Positions 29,438-39,095 of a stretch of 64,000 nucleotides of DNA are shown in pieces. The position numbers were made by a program, and so were the translations under genes. Below the pieces are notes generated by a model. It was not told the DNA's origin and made no database searches. It was given only the letters and a program-made list of their open reading frames with translations. Numbering within the stretch: position 1 is the stretch's first letter; the number at the start of each line of letters is the position of its first letter. Source of the stretch: Candidatus Bathyarchaeia archaeon (lineage in GTDB: Archaea > Thermoproteota > Bathyarchaeia > Bathyarchaeales > Bathycorpusculaceae). The stretch lies in the NCBI GenBank assembly GCA_049521795.1, contig JBEKOM010000003.1:96001-160000 (forward strand), written 5' to 3'.

Positions 29438-30256
29438 ATGAACGTTATGGCTGCGCCTCCAGAACAGGTTCCAGAGCAGCTTCCAGAACAGCCTCCTACT
29501 GAGAGGAGAAGAACCGCTCCCATGGTTCTGCTGATTGTTTTGCTGATTTCTTTGCTTCTCCTCACTCTGGTCATTGTCTTTCCGCTTCTTACAAATCTGC
29601 GGAATCAGCACTTGACCAGCTCCGACTGGTCGGGCTATACTGTCGCCTCAAACTTGAATCACCCTCAACCGAAGGTCACGAGCGTCAATGGGTCTTGGAC
29701 GGTTCCCACAGTCAACGTTTCACTAGAAGACTCTTTCTCAGCGGCGTGGATTGGAATTGGCGGACAATTTGACCGCACGTTGATCCAGGTAGGAACTGAA
29801 CATGACTCAACAAGATACGGACAAGGAAAATACTGGGCTTGGTATGAACTGATCAGTTTCAGCGCGGTCACGATCGATTCAATGACCATAACGCCAGGAG
29901 ACAAGATCACAGCTTCAATTTCGCTCTTGGACCCGATTACGAGCGCCTGGTCGATAGAGATTCATGATGTCACAAATGAACAGTCGTTCCAGAAGAACGT
30001 TCTTTATCCTTCCTCGATGCTCTCTGCAGAATGGGTTGTGGAGCGACCAACGATAAACGGCGTTCTTATGACTCTAGCTGACTTTGGTCAAGTAACATTC
30101 ACAGGTTGCACAGCGACCGTAAGCAGCACGGTTGGAACGGTAGGCAGTTTTCCTCACAGCCAAATCATAATGTACGGTCGTCCAAACACGCCACTGGTGA
30201 GCGTTTCACCCTTAACTTCGAACGGCTCCTCCTTCGCGGTCAACTACCTAGACTAG
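29438..30256 (+). CDS. Membrane-anchored G1 family glutamic endopeptidase (eqolisin-like)
   Basis: SSDWSGY, AWIGIGG, LIQVGT (catalytic Gln), AWYE, SAEWVVERP (catalytic Glu); N-terminal TM. Confidence 0.88.
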   Translation: MNVMAAPPEQVPEQLPEQPPTERRRTAPMVLLIVLLISLLLLTLVIVFPLLTNLRNQHLTSSDWSGYTVASNLNHPQPKVTSVNGSWTVPTVNVSLEDSFSAAWIGIGGQFDRTLIQVGTEHDSTRYGQGKYWAWYELISFSAVTIDSMTITPGDKITASISLLDPITSAWSIEIHDVTNEQSFQKNVLYPSSMLSAEWVVERPTINGVLMTLADFGQVTFTGCTATVSSTVGTVGSFPHSQIIMYGRPNTPLVSVSPLTSNGSSFAVNYLD

Positions 30257-30401
30257 TGTTCATTACTTCTGAGCGTGAACCAATGTCTTCTTCGTGCTCG
30301 CATTTTCAAGCATTTTTCATTTCGCCCAGGGTTCCTTTGTCCTGTAGTCCTAGAAGAAGGTCGTCCTTGTCACGCTTTTCTTACACAAGATGGGCTTACG
30401 G

Positions 30402-30818
30402 TTACAGCACTTTCTTGGAAAGGGCTCTGATCGTTTCGTAGATTGATGTTGCCGTTGCAATGATGATAACTCCGAGAGCAAATACGTATTCTCTTGTTAG
30501 GATGGGCGGTCTAAGAAAAACTATCATGAATATCAATGAAGTTACCAAGAAAATCGTATAGAAGAAATTCCGCGGGATCAAAAACCTTCTGAAACGAACG
30601 AGGTTTTCAAGGACTATTCGATCCGCAACATAACCGCCTAACTCCTTTTTTATCAGCCCGGCCTCTTCCAGCTTGTTTATGTGATAAAGCGCTAGGGTCG
30701 GACTGCTCAGATTCAGCGCCCTCTGAACCTCGCGGATTCCGATCGGCCTATCGCTCTTCAATATGAACTTGTAAACCTTTAGTGTGAGCCCTCTCAGAAC
30801 GTCCTTCGATTCGCTCAC
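30402..30818 (-). CDS. Membrane-tethered winged-HTH transcriptional regulator (2 TM)
   Basis: GIREVQRALNLSSPTLALYHINKLEEAGLI followed by two hydrophobic helices. Confidence 0.85.
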   Translation of the reverse strand: MSESKDVLRGLTLKVYKFILKSDRPIGIREVQRALNLSSPTLALYHINKLEEAGLIKKELGGYVADRIVLENLVRFRRFLIPRNFFYTIFLVTSLIFMIVFLRPPILTREYVFALGVIIIATATSIYETIRALSKKVL

Positions 30819-30860
30819 AGCTTTTCCGTCTCCATATGAGAAAGCAACCGCATTACACTA

Positions 30861-30902
30861 TTTGAAACATCGGTGTTCAAACTATTTGTACACATGTACA
30901 AA
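30861..30902. promoter_or_regulatory. Tandem palindromic operator candidates
   Basis: TTTGAAACA-TCGG-TGTTCAAA (30861-30881) and TTTGTACA-CA-TGTACAAA (30885-30902) between divergent genes. Confidence 0.6.
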
Positions 30903-30949
30903 AACGTAGAATTAAATTTTTCACTGACTATTCATTACGTTGATGCCTC

Positions 30950-32059
30950 ATGAACTCCAACAAGGAAGTCCTCGCAGCGTCAATCCTGGCAATCGGCCTA
31001 GCACTCGGGCTTGGGACAGCAAGCTACGGGCTGTTCTCTGGAACTCCAACTCCTACGAAGCTTGAAACAGTCTTAGATGTTTTCACGCAGAAAGGCGGAA
31101 TAGGAATCAACGTATCCGGCGGAAACTTTGAACCTTTCGATAACGTTTCTATCCTTGCTTATCTCACTCAGGGAGGCATCAAACTAGAAAACCGCACAGT
31201 GACATTTTCAATTCAAAAGCCAGATGACACGCACACAACCTGGACAGCCTCAACAAACGACTCAGGTCTTGCTGAAACAGATGTATCCCTTCTTCCCTCT
31301 GAGGGCCACATGATAGGAACATGGCACGTCCTCGCTAACGCGACGGTAGACAATGAAGCCGTGAATGATACGCTTGACTTCAAATGCGAATCCCAAAGCG
31401 CTCAAATTGACCTCTTTTCTGAAAGGAACGGGGTTCCCAGCATCTCCTTTCTCCCAAACGAAACAGTTCTCCTCGAGGCCCAACTGTCGTACAGAAATGC
31501 CTCAATCGCTGGAACCACGGTCACCTTTGCTGCAATGACTGCAAAGCACACTGAATTCCTTCTGCAAAATGTGACGACGAACAGCCTTGGAACTACAAAC
31601 GTTACCTTCCGGATTCCGTGGCCCTCAGACCTCTCCCTAGGAATCTGGCAATTATCGGCTGCGAGCGAAGTGTACGGACAGATTTTGAACGCCACGATGA
31701 GCTTTGGATGTTACTTGCAGCCGCAGGTAATAGATGTTTTCACTCAAAAGGGCGGCGTTGGACCGAACGCGTCAGGGGGAAGTTTCGCACTTAATGAAAC
31801 TGTAGTTCTCTACGCCGAAGTTCGAGATGAGCTCAACCAGACAGTGTCTTATCAAGTGGTAGGGTTTTACCTCAAAGAACCCAACGGAACAGACTTTGCC
31901 TTTCTGACTCAGACGACGAACTCTTCAGGAATGGTAAACGTGACGATTCGAGTACCGCCAGATCCTACGTACGTTGGGACTTTTGAAGTCTACGCAAGGA
32001 CACAATACTACGGCATCGTGCTTCTTGACACCCTCACCTTCGTAGCCACACAGGACTAG
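30950..32059 (+). CDS. Secreted/surface protein with three Ig-like (beta-sandwich) repeats
   Basis: Signal/TM N-terminus; repeated DVFTQKGG.G.N.SGG.F and TN..G motifs; many NxS/T sequons. Confidence 0.75.
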   Translation: MNSNKEVLAASILAIGLALGLGTASYGLFSGTPTPTKLETVLDVFTQKGGIGINVSGGNFEPFDNVSILAYLTQGGIKLENRTVTFSIQKPDDTHTTWTASTNDSGLAETDVSLLPSEGHMIGTWHVLANATVDNEAVNDTLDFKCESQSAQIDLFSERNGVPSISFLPNETVLLEAQLSYRNASIAGTTVTFAAMTAKHTEFLLQNVTTNSLGTTNVTFRIPWPSDLSLGIWQLSAASEVYGQILNATMSFGCYLQPQVIDVFTQKGGVGPNASGGSFALNETVVLYAEVRDELNQTVSYQVVGFYLKEPNGTDFAFLTQTTNSSGMVNVTIRVPPDPTYVGTFEVYARTQYYGIVLLDTLTFVATQD

Positions 32060-32168
32060 TCTGACCGAAAACCCGGGAAGCGTCCTCTGGTGCGCGTAAT
32101 CATTTTTTACTCCCATTTCCCCGCTCAAAGACCTGCTTAAAGGCTTGAGCTTGTCGTCAATGTCCATT

Positions 32169-32465
32169 TCAGACGATAAACAGTTGGAACACTGATGCAA
32201 TTAGACAGAACAGTCCAACGAGGAACATCACTGCAGCGCTTGTCCAAAGTTTCTTCCGAGTCGGATAGATGCTGTAAAAGAATATGGAAAACGCTGACAG
32301 GAGAAACGTCACTGCGCCCACTAGCAGCGTGTACTTTAACGTAGAGGGAATTTGCTCGCCGTGGAGACCTGTGACCTGCAAGACCGCTAGACTCAGTGCG
32401 GCCAACGTTCCAGGGTAGGACGCATTAACGATCGGTTTTATGAATTTCTCCTCAAATTCTTCCAT
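32169..32465 (-). CDS. Small 3-TM membrane protein, unknown function
   Basis: Three hydrophobic segments; clean ATG. Confidence 0.7.
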   Translation of the reverse strand: MEEFEEKFIKPIVNASYPGTLAALSLAVLQVTGLHGEQIPSTLKYTLLVGAVTFLLSAFSIFFYSIYPTRKKLWTSAAVMFLVGLFCLIASVFQLFIV

Positions 32466-32671
32466 TATTTAGCCTTCTCTTCTCTTGTCGATTCAATTTA
32501 GACCGATGAGTCCTTAAACTTTTTGTGAAAGCCCACCTGAAGGATCAATAGCGCGTGCTAGCTTTCTTGTCGGCAACTGGTAGCTCAGTTCTTCACCTTC
32601 GTTTGAGCAACTCAGGAAGTAAGAGAATTCGTATAAGTGTCGCATTCTAGTATGGAGCAAGGTGTGAGTGA

Positions 32672-33115
32672 ATGTCAAGAATTCTTGTTCTGTATTACAG
32701 CAGAACTGGAAACACTGAGAAAATGGCCTTGGCCGTTGCAGACGGAGCCAAAAGCGTGTCGGGAACTCAAGTGGAACTGAACTACTACGTGCCTCAAGAG
32801 GAGCTCGTGGGTTTCGACGCTATACTTGTCGGAGCAGCAACCTATCATCATGACATGCCCGTTACCTTTAAAAACTATTTTGAAGAGGCGGCTGTGAAAA
32901 ACGTAATGCTGAAAGGCAAAGTCGGAGCGGCGTTCGGTTCATACGGGTGGAGTGGCGAAGCTCCTCGACTGGTTCTTGAGATATTGAGGAACAGGTTTGG
33001 CATGGAAGTAACCGAGCCGCCGTTATCAGTGGCGTATACACCGGACCAAGCTAGTCTAGAGAAGTGCTTTGCTTTAGGTAAAAGGGTTGCCGAAAGCCTT
33101 ATTCATAAAGCTTGA
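32672..33115 (+). CDS. Flavodoxin (FprA C-terminal type)
   Basis: YYSRTGNTEKMA, AFGSYGWSGEA. Confidence 0.92.
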   Translation: MSRILVLYYSRTGNTEKMALAVADGAKSVSGTQVELNYYVPQEELVGFDAILVGAATYHHDMPVTFKNYFEEAAVKNVMLKGKVGAAFGSYGWSGEAPRLVLEILRNRFGMEVTEPPLSVAYTPDQASLEKCFALGKRVAESLIHKA

Positions 33116-33143
33116 CATGTGCTTACGACTAGGAGGCGAAGGT

Positions 33144-33623
33144 TTGAGCTCGAAAGAAGAATTGATAAGATTCTTGAAGGACCAAATCAAAGTTGAGAAC
33201 AAAATTGTGGAATCGCTGAACAAGTCCTTGCCAGAAATTGGAAACCCCACGGTCAAAGGTGTTTTGAAAGGAGTATCCTTGGACTCTGTGAAACACGCTG
33301 AACTGTACGCCTCAGCAGTCATGCTGATGACCACTGTTTCGAAAGCTCTGACGCAAGAAAATCTTGACAAACAGAAGGATCTCGTGGAAAAGCACATTCA
33401 GATGGAGGCGGAGCTTATCGAGAAAATAGGCAACGTACTTCCCTCCGTCAAAGACAACAAGGTCAAGCTGTTGTTGAGCGCGATACTGGAGGATGAGAAG
33501 AGACATCATGCTCTATTGAAGCAAGTGCTGGAAATCCTTGTCAAAGGAGAGACCATAACAGAAGCAGACTGGTGGGACGTTCTCTGGAAAGACGTGCCAT
33601 TCCACGGAGCACCCGGAGGCTAA
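33144..33623 (+). CDS. Ferritin-like di-iron protein
   Basis: Duplicated E..(D)S.KH / E..DEKRHH four-helix pattern. TTG start behind AGGAGG. Confidence 0.8.
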   Translation: MSSKEELIRFLKDQIKVENKIVESLNKSLPEIGNPTVKGVLKGVSLDSVKHAELYASAVMLMTTVSKALTQENLDKQKDLVEKHIQMEAELIEKIGNVLPSVKDNKVKLLLSAILEDEKRHHALLKQVLEILVKGETITEADWWDVLWKDVPFHGAPGG

Positions 33624-33752
33624 ACATCAACGCCGTCGTGAAACACACCTGCTTCCTCTCATTTTTAGCGGCTGCTAGCTCGAAACGATCGGTTTAAATG
33701 ATAAAATCATGAAGTGATTAGCAAAGAGACCTGAGTCATCAAAGGCGGAAAC

Positions 33753-33944
33753 ATGGCAAAGATCAAAGTCGATAACGCCAAGTGCCTGAGAGAAAAGGAA
33801 AAGATCTGTGTGGAGATATGCCCATTTTCAGTTTTCCGTGAAGGAAAAACAGAAAGAGTAGAGATTGTCAACGTGGAGAACTGTATAATGTGCAGAACCT
33901 GCGTCGTCAACTGTCCGGGTCAGGCAATAGACATTCTGGTTTGA
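33753..33944 (+). CDS. Small 4Fe-4S ferredoxin
   Basis: CIMCRTCVVNCP plus an atypical first motif C-x7-CVEICP. Confidence 0.88.
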   Translation: MAKIKVDNAKCLREKEKICVEICPFSVFREGKTERVEIVNVENCIMCRTCVVNCPGQAIDILV

Positions 33945-33950
33945 AAGGCT

Positions 33951-35360
33951 TTACAGAATTGTGAGCAGCTTGCCCCTGTGATTCTTTATTTCAACTCTTA
34001 GTTTCTCGCCAGTCGTTCTAGTGGCGCATTTTATGCAGGGGTCGTAAGCTCTGATCACCATTTCGATTCTGTTCAAGAGTCCTGGCTTGACCTCGCCGTT
34101 GTGTATGAACTCGGTTGCAGCGTCTTTCACGTTCAGGTTTATCGCCTGATTGTTGATCTGCGTGGGTATTATGAGCTTCAACTGTTCCAGCCGACCTTCG
34201 TTGGACAAAACGTATTCGTGTGCAAGCGTGCCTCTTGGTGCTTCGACTACTCCAATTCCTCTGCCGCCTTTCGGTTCGACCTTAACTCTGGTGTCTGATT
34301 GTGTGAGGGTCTTGTCCTCCAGGAGTTCCTTCGCTTTCTCAACCGCGTAAATCAGGTCAATCAGACGAGCGTAATCGAGGAGGATAGTGGTGTGAGCAGG
34401 GGTTCCGAATTTTCTTTTGAATTCATGTAGCTCCGCGTTGGCAAGTTCAGTTGTTGTTTTGCTGTTCACGTTGATTCTTGCTGTTGGACCCACCTGCACG
34501 ATGCCCTCAGGCCATCCTAAGGCTTTCAGGTACGCAAATTTTGCGAATGTCCAAGGATAGATTTTTTCTTCGACGTGGTCCATGTAGTCTTGGGCTGCAA
34601 ATTCTGCCATGTTTCCGCCTTCAGCATTGATGATTCGGATGTTTCCGCGGTAGAAGTTTATGGCGTCATCTTGCGTTAACGCCATGTAATGAGTCCTGTA
34701 GTCTCCAGCTCTCTTGAAGTCTTCCCAGTTTTTCTCGAAGAGCTCCTTGCCCGTGGCCAGAGCTTCTCCGGCAATGGGGAGCGAGTTTTCAGCCTCCTTG
34801 AGCAGCTCTTCGCGCTCTCTTTCCTTGAGAGGGTTGATTAGACCGCCAGGAATCACCGAGAGAATATGCACTTCACGTTTTCCAATGACGTCTAATATTT
34901 TGGCACCGAAGCTTCTGAGGGCTACAGCCCTTTTGCCCACGTCAGGTCTTTCTCGCATAATCTGGAATATGTTTCTCTTCGATGGGTCCTCCTCTAGGGG
35001 AAACCAGAAATCGGGCAACGTGAGAAAATAGATGACCAGAGAGTGATTGCTGATTATTTGTCCCATCAGCAGAAGTTCACGGAGTTTCCGGGCTGTTTCC
35101 GTTATCTCTGTTTGGTAAATGCTTTCTATGGCTTCCACAGACGCCATTATGTGAGCTGTTGAGCATACGCCGCATATCCTCGAGATTATGAATGGAAGCC
35201 TGTCCGCCTCCATCCCTCTCAGGAAATATTCGAAGCCACGAATTTCTGTGGCGTAGAAATGTGCGTCAGCAACGTTTCCAGACGCATCGAGCATTATCGT
35301 GACTTTGCCGTGCCCTTCAATCCTCGTTGTCGGCGATATCGTTATCTCTTTGCTGCTCAA
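33951..35360 (-). CDS. mvhA: Group 3 [NiFe]-hydrogenase large subunit (MvhA-like)
   Basis: TRIEGHG, L1 RICGVC, EAPRGTL.H, L2 DPCIKCATR plus a C-terminal extension. Confidence 0.85.
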   Translation of the reverse strand: MSSKEITISPTTRIEGHGKVTIMLDASGNVADAHFYATEIRGFEYFLRGMEADRLPFIISRICGVCSTAHIMASVEAIESIYQTEITETARKLRELLLMGQIISNHSLVIYFLTLPDFWFPLEEDPSKRNIFQIMRERPDVGKRAVALRSFGAKILDVIGKREVHILSVIPGGLINPLKEREREELLKEAENSLPIAGEALATGKELFEKNWEDFKRAGDYRTHYMALTQDDAINFYRGNIRIINAEGGNMAEFAAQDYMDHVEEKIYPWTFAKFAYLKALGWPEGIVQVGPTARINVNSKTTTELANAELHEFKRKFGTPAHTTILLDYARLIDLIYAVEKAKELLEDKTLTQSDTRVKVEPKGGRGIGVVEAPRGTLAHEYVLSNEGRLEQLKLIIPTQINNQAINLNVKDAATEFIHNGEVKPGLLNRIEMVIRAYDPCIKCATRTTGEKLRVEIKNHRGKLLTIL

Positions 35361-36220
35361 ATGACTTTGTCCCTCGCTTTGGCGCGTTCAAACTTTGAAA
35401 AGATGAAAGTGTGGAAGACGAAGGGGTTGCGGTAGAGTTCCTCCTTAATCGTTTCTTCAGGAATGCTCGTTCTGCTCGCTATGACTTTGATTAAAAAGGC
35501 GTACATGTCCCTTGACCTATACATCATCGAGTCAGGCGGACCTCTGCATCCGAAGCAGGTGAAGCCAGCTCTGGGGCATGGTGCTCCGCAACCCTCACGT
35601 GTTAGGGAACCCAGGCACACGAAGCCCTGACTGACCATGCAGAGTACGGGGTCTGCGGGTTTTTCGTATATGCCGTACAAACGGTCGAGCTTCGCTGCAA
35701 CTATTTTTCTGTGACATTCGGTGCACACGACGCTTTGGTGCCGTTCTGGCTGCTTACCGCTAACTACGCTTTTCAGCGTGTGAACTATCAGGAAAGGCAT
35801 TGGCGGGCAACCTGGAACATAGTAGTCAACATCGACAAAGTTGCATATCGGATACATAAGATCCTCAAGTTCCGGAAGCCTCGTCGTGTCGATCAAGGAA
35901 TACTCCTTCTCTAACAGGTTCTTGAGGGAAAGCATGTTTCCAAGGCTAGTAATTCCACCATGGGTCGCGCACAGTCCCAAACCTACGAGTATCCGACTCT
36001 TCGCTCTAACTTCCCTTATCAACGTCTCATCATCCTTGGTCCTGACTCCCCCTTCAACGATCGCCAAATCAACGTTTGGAATCTCTTTCAAGTCAATGAA
36101 GGTCGGTGAATAGACAATGTCGAAGTCTCCTGCGAGAATTTCAACCAGTGCGTCACCAGCATTCAAGAACGACGAGACGCACCCAGCACAACACGTCAAA
36201 GAAACAATGTTTACCTTCAA
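35357..36220 (-). CDS. mvhG: [NiFe]-hydrogenase small subunit (MvhG-like)
   Basis: CCAGC, GLCATHGG, PGCPP, CTEC, CLG..T..GC.A.CP...C.GCRG. Confidence 0.82.
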   Translation of the reverse strand: MKVNIVSLTCCAGCVSSFLNAGDALVEILAGDFDIVYSPTFIDLKEIPNVDLAIVEGGVRTKDDETLIREVRAKSRILVGLGLCATHGGITSLGNMLSLKNLLEKEYSLIDTTRLPELEDLMYPICNFVDVDYYVPGCPPMPFLIVHTLKSVVSGKQPERHQSVVCTECHRKIVAAKLDRLYGIYEKPADPVLCMVSQGFVCLGSLTREGCGAPCPRAGFTCFGCRGPPDSMMYRSRDMYAFLIKVIASRTSIPEETIKEELYRNPFVFHTFIFSKFERAKARDKVI

Positions 36221-36500
36221 ACGCTTCTCACTGTCGGTCCTGAAAGACTTCGAGGCACTTCTAAAGAGTATATGCTTGAAATTCCTTAAGCCTTTCTATC
36301 CAATGGGACACCGCAGGCAATGCGTTTTGCTACTCTTTCTTTAAGCGTGCGCTTTCCCAAGAACCACAACCCTTAGGCCTGTCAGTCAAAGGATAGGCAT
36401 CAAAGACTGGTTAGAAGAGGGGAAAAATGATTGCCGGGCCACGTTGCAAGAATTGTGACGTGAACGCATGAAAAACTGAAGATCCATTGGGATGAAGGGA

Positions 36501-37541
36501 CTAATGATTTCGAGTGTAGGGTGTACCCGTCAATGCTATGATTTCTTCGTCTTTCTTCTGTGCGAGATCGGTCTTTTGCGCTGGAGGCTGAGTCGTCTCC
36601 TCGTTTCTCAGAAGTTGTGCTGTTACTGCTTGGGTTTCATTTGCTAGGTTACGTATTGCTCTCAGCATCGTGGCTACTTCGGCACCCTTGGGGGTCAGAG
36701 AGTAGGCCAGCGGTTCTTTCCTCGTGAAGACCAGTTTCTTTCCCTTCAACTTTCTCAGATACTTGTACGTTCTTCTCAGTGAGATTCCTGTCTTATCCGA
36801 TAGTTTCTTTGCAGAGACCCCGTCCTCAGGAATGTTCTGGTACACTCTCGTCTCAGTCGGCGAGAACTTTTCCAGATTTGAATCTCTTCTTGTTTTGAAT
36901 ATGAATATGTAGTTTTTCTCCTTGCTCGTCTCGATTAGAGCTGTCCTCTGTAGTCTGCTTAGGACTCGTGCAACACTCTTGGCTGGAATTATCGTTCTCG
37001 AGTCTTGGTAGGTTCTAGGTCTTTCTAGGAGAGCATCCAACATTGTTTCTTCGTAGCATTCGGAGTGGGGAGGCAGAACGTTTTCCAAACCCTGAGAACT
37101 CTTTGCAAACTCGTTGACTTTGCAGCCAAGCACAGTTGCGTGAAAGGGATTCTGGGCTTCCTGTACAAGTCCGACCTCGATCAACGGGTTGATGTATTCC
37201 TCGACTATAGTTTGCTGACTGTGGTGATAGCCAAGTGATGTCAGCTTTTCCTGAAGTTGAGATAGGGAATAACCCTGTCTTGAAATCAGGTCAAGTATCT
37301 GCAGCCGTCTGCCATTCTTCAGCGTGTTCAGCAACTGTTCCACAAAATTTGGCCTCTGCATTTTTCCGTTTATCTTTCTGAGCTGGTTTTTCAGCTTCCA
37401 AGTCTTACAATCTGTGATGCATGTGATGGGGCTGATAGGGTTACAGCTCTTGCACTTCTCTTCCAGACTCTTCAGGATGTCTACTAGGCTTGCATGCTTT
37501 TCCGCATTCAAAGCCGGGCTTGAGTGATTTTGGGTTTCCAT
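36501..37541 (-). CDS. Cys-rich N-terminus + multiple winged-HTH domains, putative regulator
   Basis: CKSCNPISPITCITDC; wHTH signatures incl. LSDKTGISLRRTYKYLRKL..Y.LTPKG. Confidence 0.75.
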   Translation of the reverse strand: METQNHSSPALNAEKHASLVDILKSLEEKCKSCNPISPITCITDCKTWKLKNQLRKINGKMQRPNFVEQLLNTLKNGRRLQILDLISRQGYSLSQLQEKLTSLGYHHSQQTIVEEYINPLIEVGLVQEAQNPFHATVLGCKVNEFAKSSQGLENVLPPHSECYEETMLDALLERPRTYQDSRTIIPAKSVARVLSRLQRTALIETSKEKNYIFIFKTRRDSNLEKFSPTETRVYQNIPEDGVSAKKLSDKTGISLRRTYKYLRKLKGKKLVFTRKEPLAYSLTPKGAEVATMLRAIRNLANETQAVTAQLLRNEETTQPPAQKTDLAQKKDEEIIALTGTPYTRNH

Positions 37542-37632
37542 TCGTTGATTACCTTCAGGCGTAAGTCATGGCAGGCCGAGAAAGGAGTCGGATTTGCGCT
37601 TAAAACCAGATTTCGGGGATGCTAAGCCTGTC

Positions 37633-37667
37633 ATGACATACGTCATAAACAGTATGACATACGTCAT
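37633..37667. promoter_or_regulatory. Two identical ATGAC-ATAC-GTCAT palindromes directly upstream of a TATA box
   Basis: Exact 14-bp copies at 37633-37646 and 37654-37667 (21-bp period); TTTATATA at 37669-37676. Confidence 0.8.
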
Positions 37668-37709
37668 GTTTATATACTTTTCCACAATCCTAAATCAAAC
37701 GGTGAATAC

Positions 37710-38114
37710 TTGTTGATACTTCCGTGCGAAGTCGCAGTAAAATCAGTCGTGCCGGCAGTGAAGGCGTTAATGGCACAACAACTGGTCGAAGAGCATGGTA
37801 TGAACCAGGAACAAGTTGCAGAAATCCTTGGGATATCGCAGTCCGCAGTGAGCAAGTACTCTAGAAAGGTCAGGGGACACGTCATAGAAGTTGACAAAGT
37901 GCAGGAAGCCCGACCTCTTATTGCCAGCATGGTCGTGATGCTCGTGAATGGAGAGCACCAGAGGGCAGAGTTCCTGCAGCTCTTCTGCGAGACGTGTGGA
38001 ACCATACGGAAAACGGGTATGGTCTGCCGATTCTGCAAGAAGTCAGACCAGAAAATCAAAATAGAAGAGTGCGGCTTCTGCATGGAGCTGAGGTCAGGCA
38101 AAAACAGAAGGTAG
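37710..38114 (+). CDS. XRE-type HTH transcriptional regulator (COG2522-like) with C-terminal cysteines
   Basis: LPCEVAVK..VPA, QEQVAEILGISQSAVSKY, CETC..C..C..CGFC. Confidence 0.85.
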   Translation: MLILPCEVAVKSVVPAVKALMAQQLVEEHGMNQEQVAEILGISQSAVSKYSRKVRGHVIEVDKVQEARPLIASMVVMLVNGEHQRAEFLQLFCETCGTIRKTGMVCRFCKKSDQKIKIEECGFCMELRSGKNRR

Positions 38115-38118
38115 AAGG

Positions 38119-39054
38119 ATGTCTTCCTTCGATGAGAAGGCTGTTCTTGATGTTCTGGAAAGAGTAAGCAAAAGCGTTGTGAACATAAGCACCGTTAAGC
38201 TTGTCAGTCGGATGTTCTACCAAGCGGTCCCCGTGGAGGGCATGGGTTCTGGGACGATAATAGACACGAAAGGGGACATATTGACTAACAACCATGTCGT
38301 CGGAGGCGCTGAGAAGATAGGCGTGACCCTGTGGAATGGAGAAGTATTGGAGGGGGCGATAGTGGGGGCCTGCGCCGTGCACGACACTGCAATCGTGCGA
38401 GTCAAAAAACAAGGCTTGGAAGCCGCGCAGCTAGGGGATTCTGAAAAGCTGAGGGTTGGCCAGAGAGTCTATGCAATCGGAAACCCGTTCGGACTAGCTG
38501 GGGGACCCACAGTTACGTCTGGAGTGATCAGCGCAACCAAGAGAACGATAGAATCTCAGAGGGGGCTAGTGGAAAACCTGGTCCAAACTGACGCGGCGAT
38601 AAACCCTGGAAACAGCGGCGGCCCTCTCTTGGACCTTGAGGGAAAGGTCATCGCCATAAACACCGCGATAATTCCGTATGCCCAAGGAATAGGGTTTGCC
38701 ATTCCGATAAACATGGCGAAGAAGTGCACGGGCGAAATGATAAGGGACGGGGTTTCAGTCAGACCTTGGCTCGGGATATTGGGCCTAAGCCTTAACGAGG
38801 ACATAGCTCAATACTACAACCTGCCGTGCGAGCATGGTGTTCTCATATCCAAGGTCACTGACGGAAGCCCGGCACAGCACGCAGGCCTGATTATGGGCGA
38901 CATAATCCTGAGAATGGACAACGTGAAGATCGACACCATCGAGGACCTCTTGAACGACATTCACAAGAGAGGGATCGGCGAAAAGGTGAGAATTTCAGTC
39001 TTCCGCAGAGGTTTCGAACAGTTCTTCGAAGTGACTTTGAGCAAAGCGCCCTAG
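38119..39054 (+). CDS. HtrA/DegP-family serine protease with PDZ domain (no signal peptide)
   Basis: GSG.I, TNNHV, QTDAAINPGNSGGPL, PDZ PWLGI..GSPA..AGL..GDII. Confidence 0.93.
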   Translation: MSSFDEKAVLDVLERVSKSVVNISTVKLVSRMFYQAVPVEGMGSGTIIDTKGDILTNNHVVGGAEKIGVTLWNGEVLEGAIVGACAVHDTAIVRVKKQGLEAAQLGDSEKLRVGQRVYAIGNPFGLAGGPTVTSGVISATKRTIESQRGLVENLVQTDAAINPGNSGGPLLDLEGKVIAINTAIIPYAQGIGFAIPINMAKKCTGEMIRDGVSVRPWLGILGLSLNEDIAQYYNLPCEHGVLISKVTDGSPAQHAGLIMGDIILRMDNVKIDTIEDLLNDIHKRGIGEKVRISVFRRGFEQFFEVTLSKAP

Positions 39055-39095
39055 TCATTCCTTGTACTTCGGGTCTGGTTTTCCGCCTCTTGCTT

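Noticed and set aside
33951-36220. Selenocysteine or pyrrolysine recoding in the hydrogenase or nearby redox genes
   Set aside because: All metal-ligand positions are ordinary Cys codons, and no in-frame TGA/TAG readthrough is needed.
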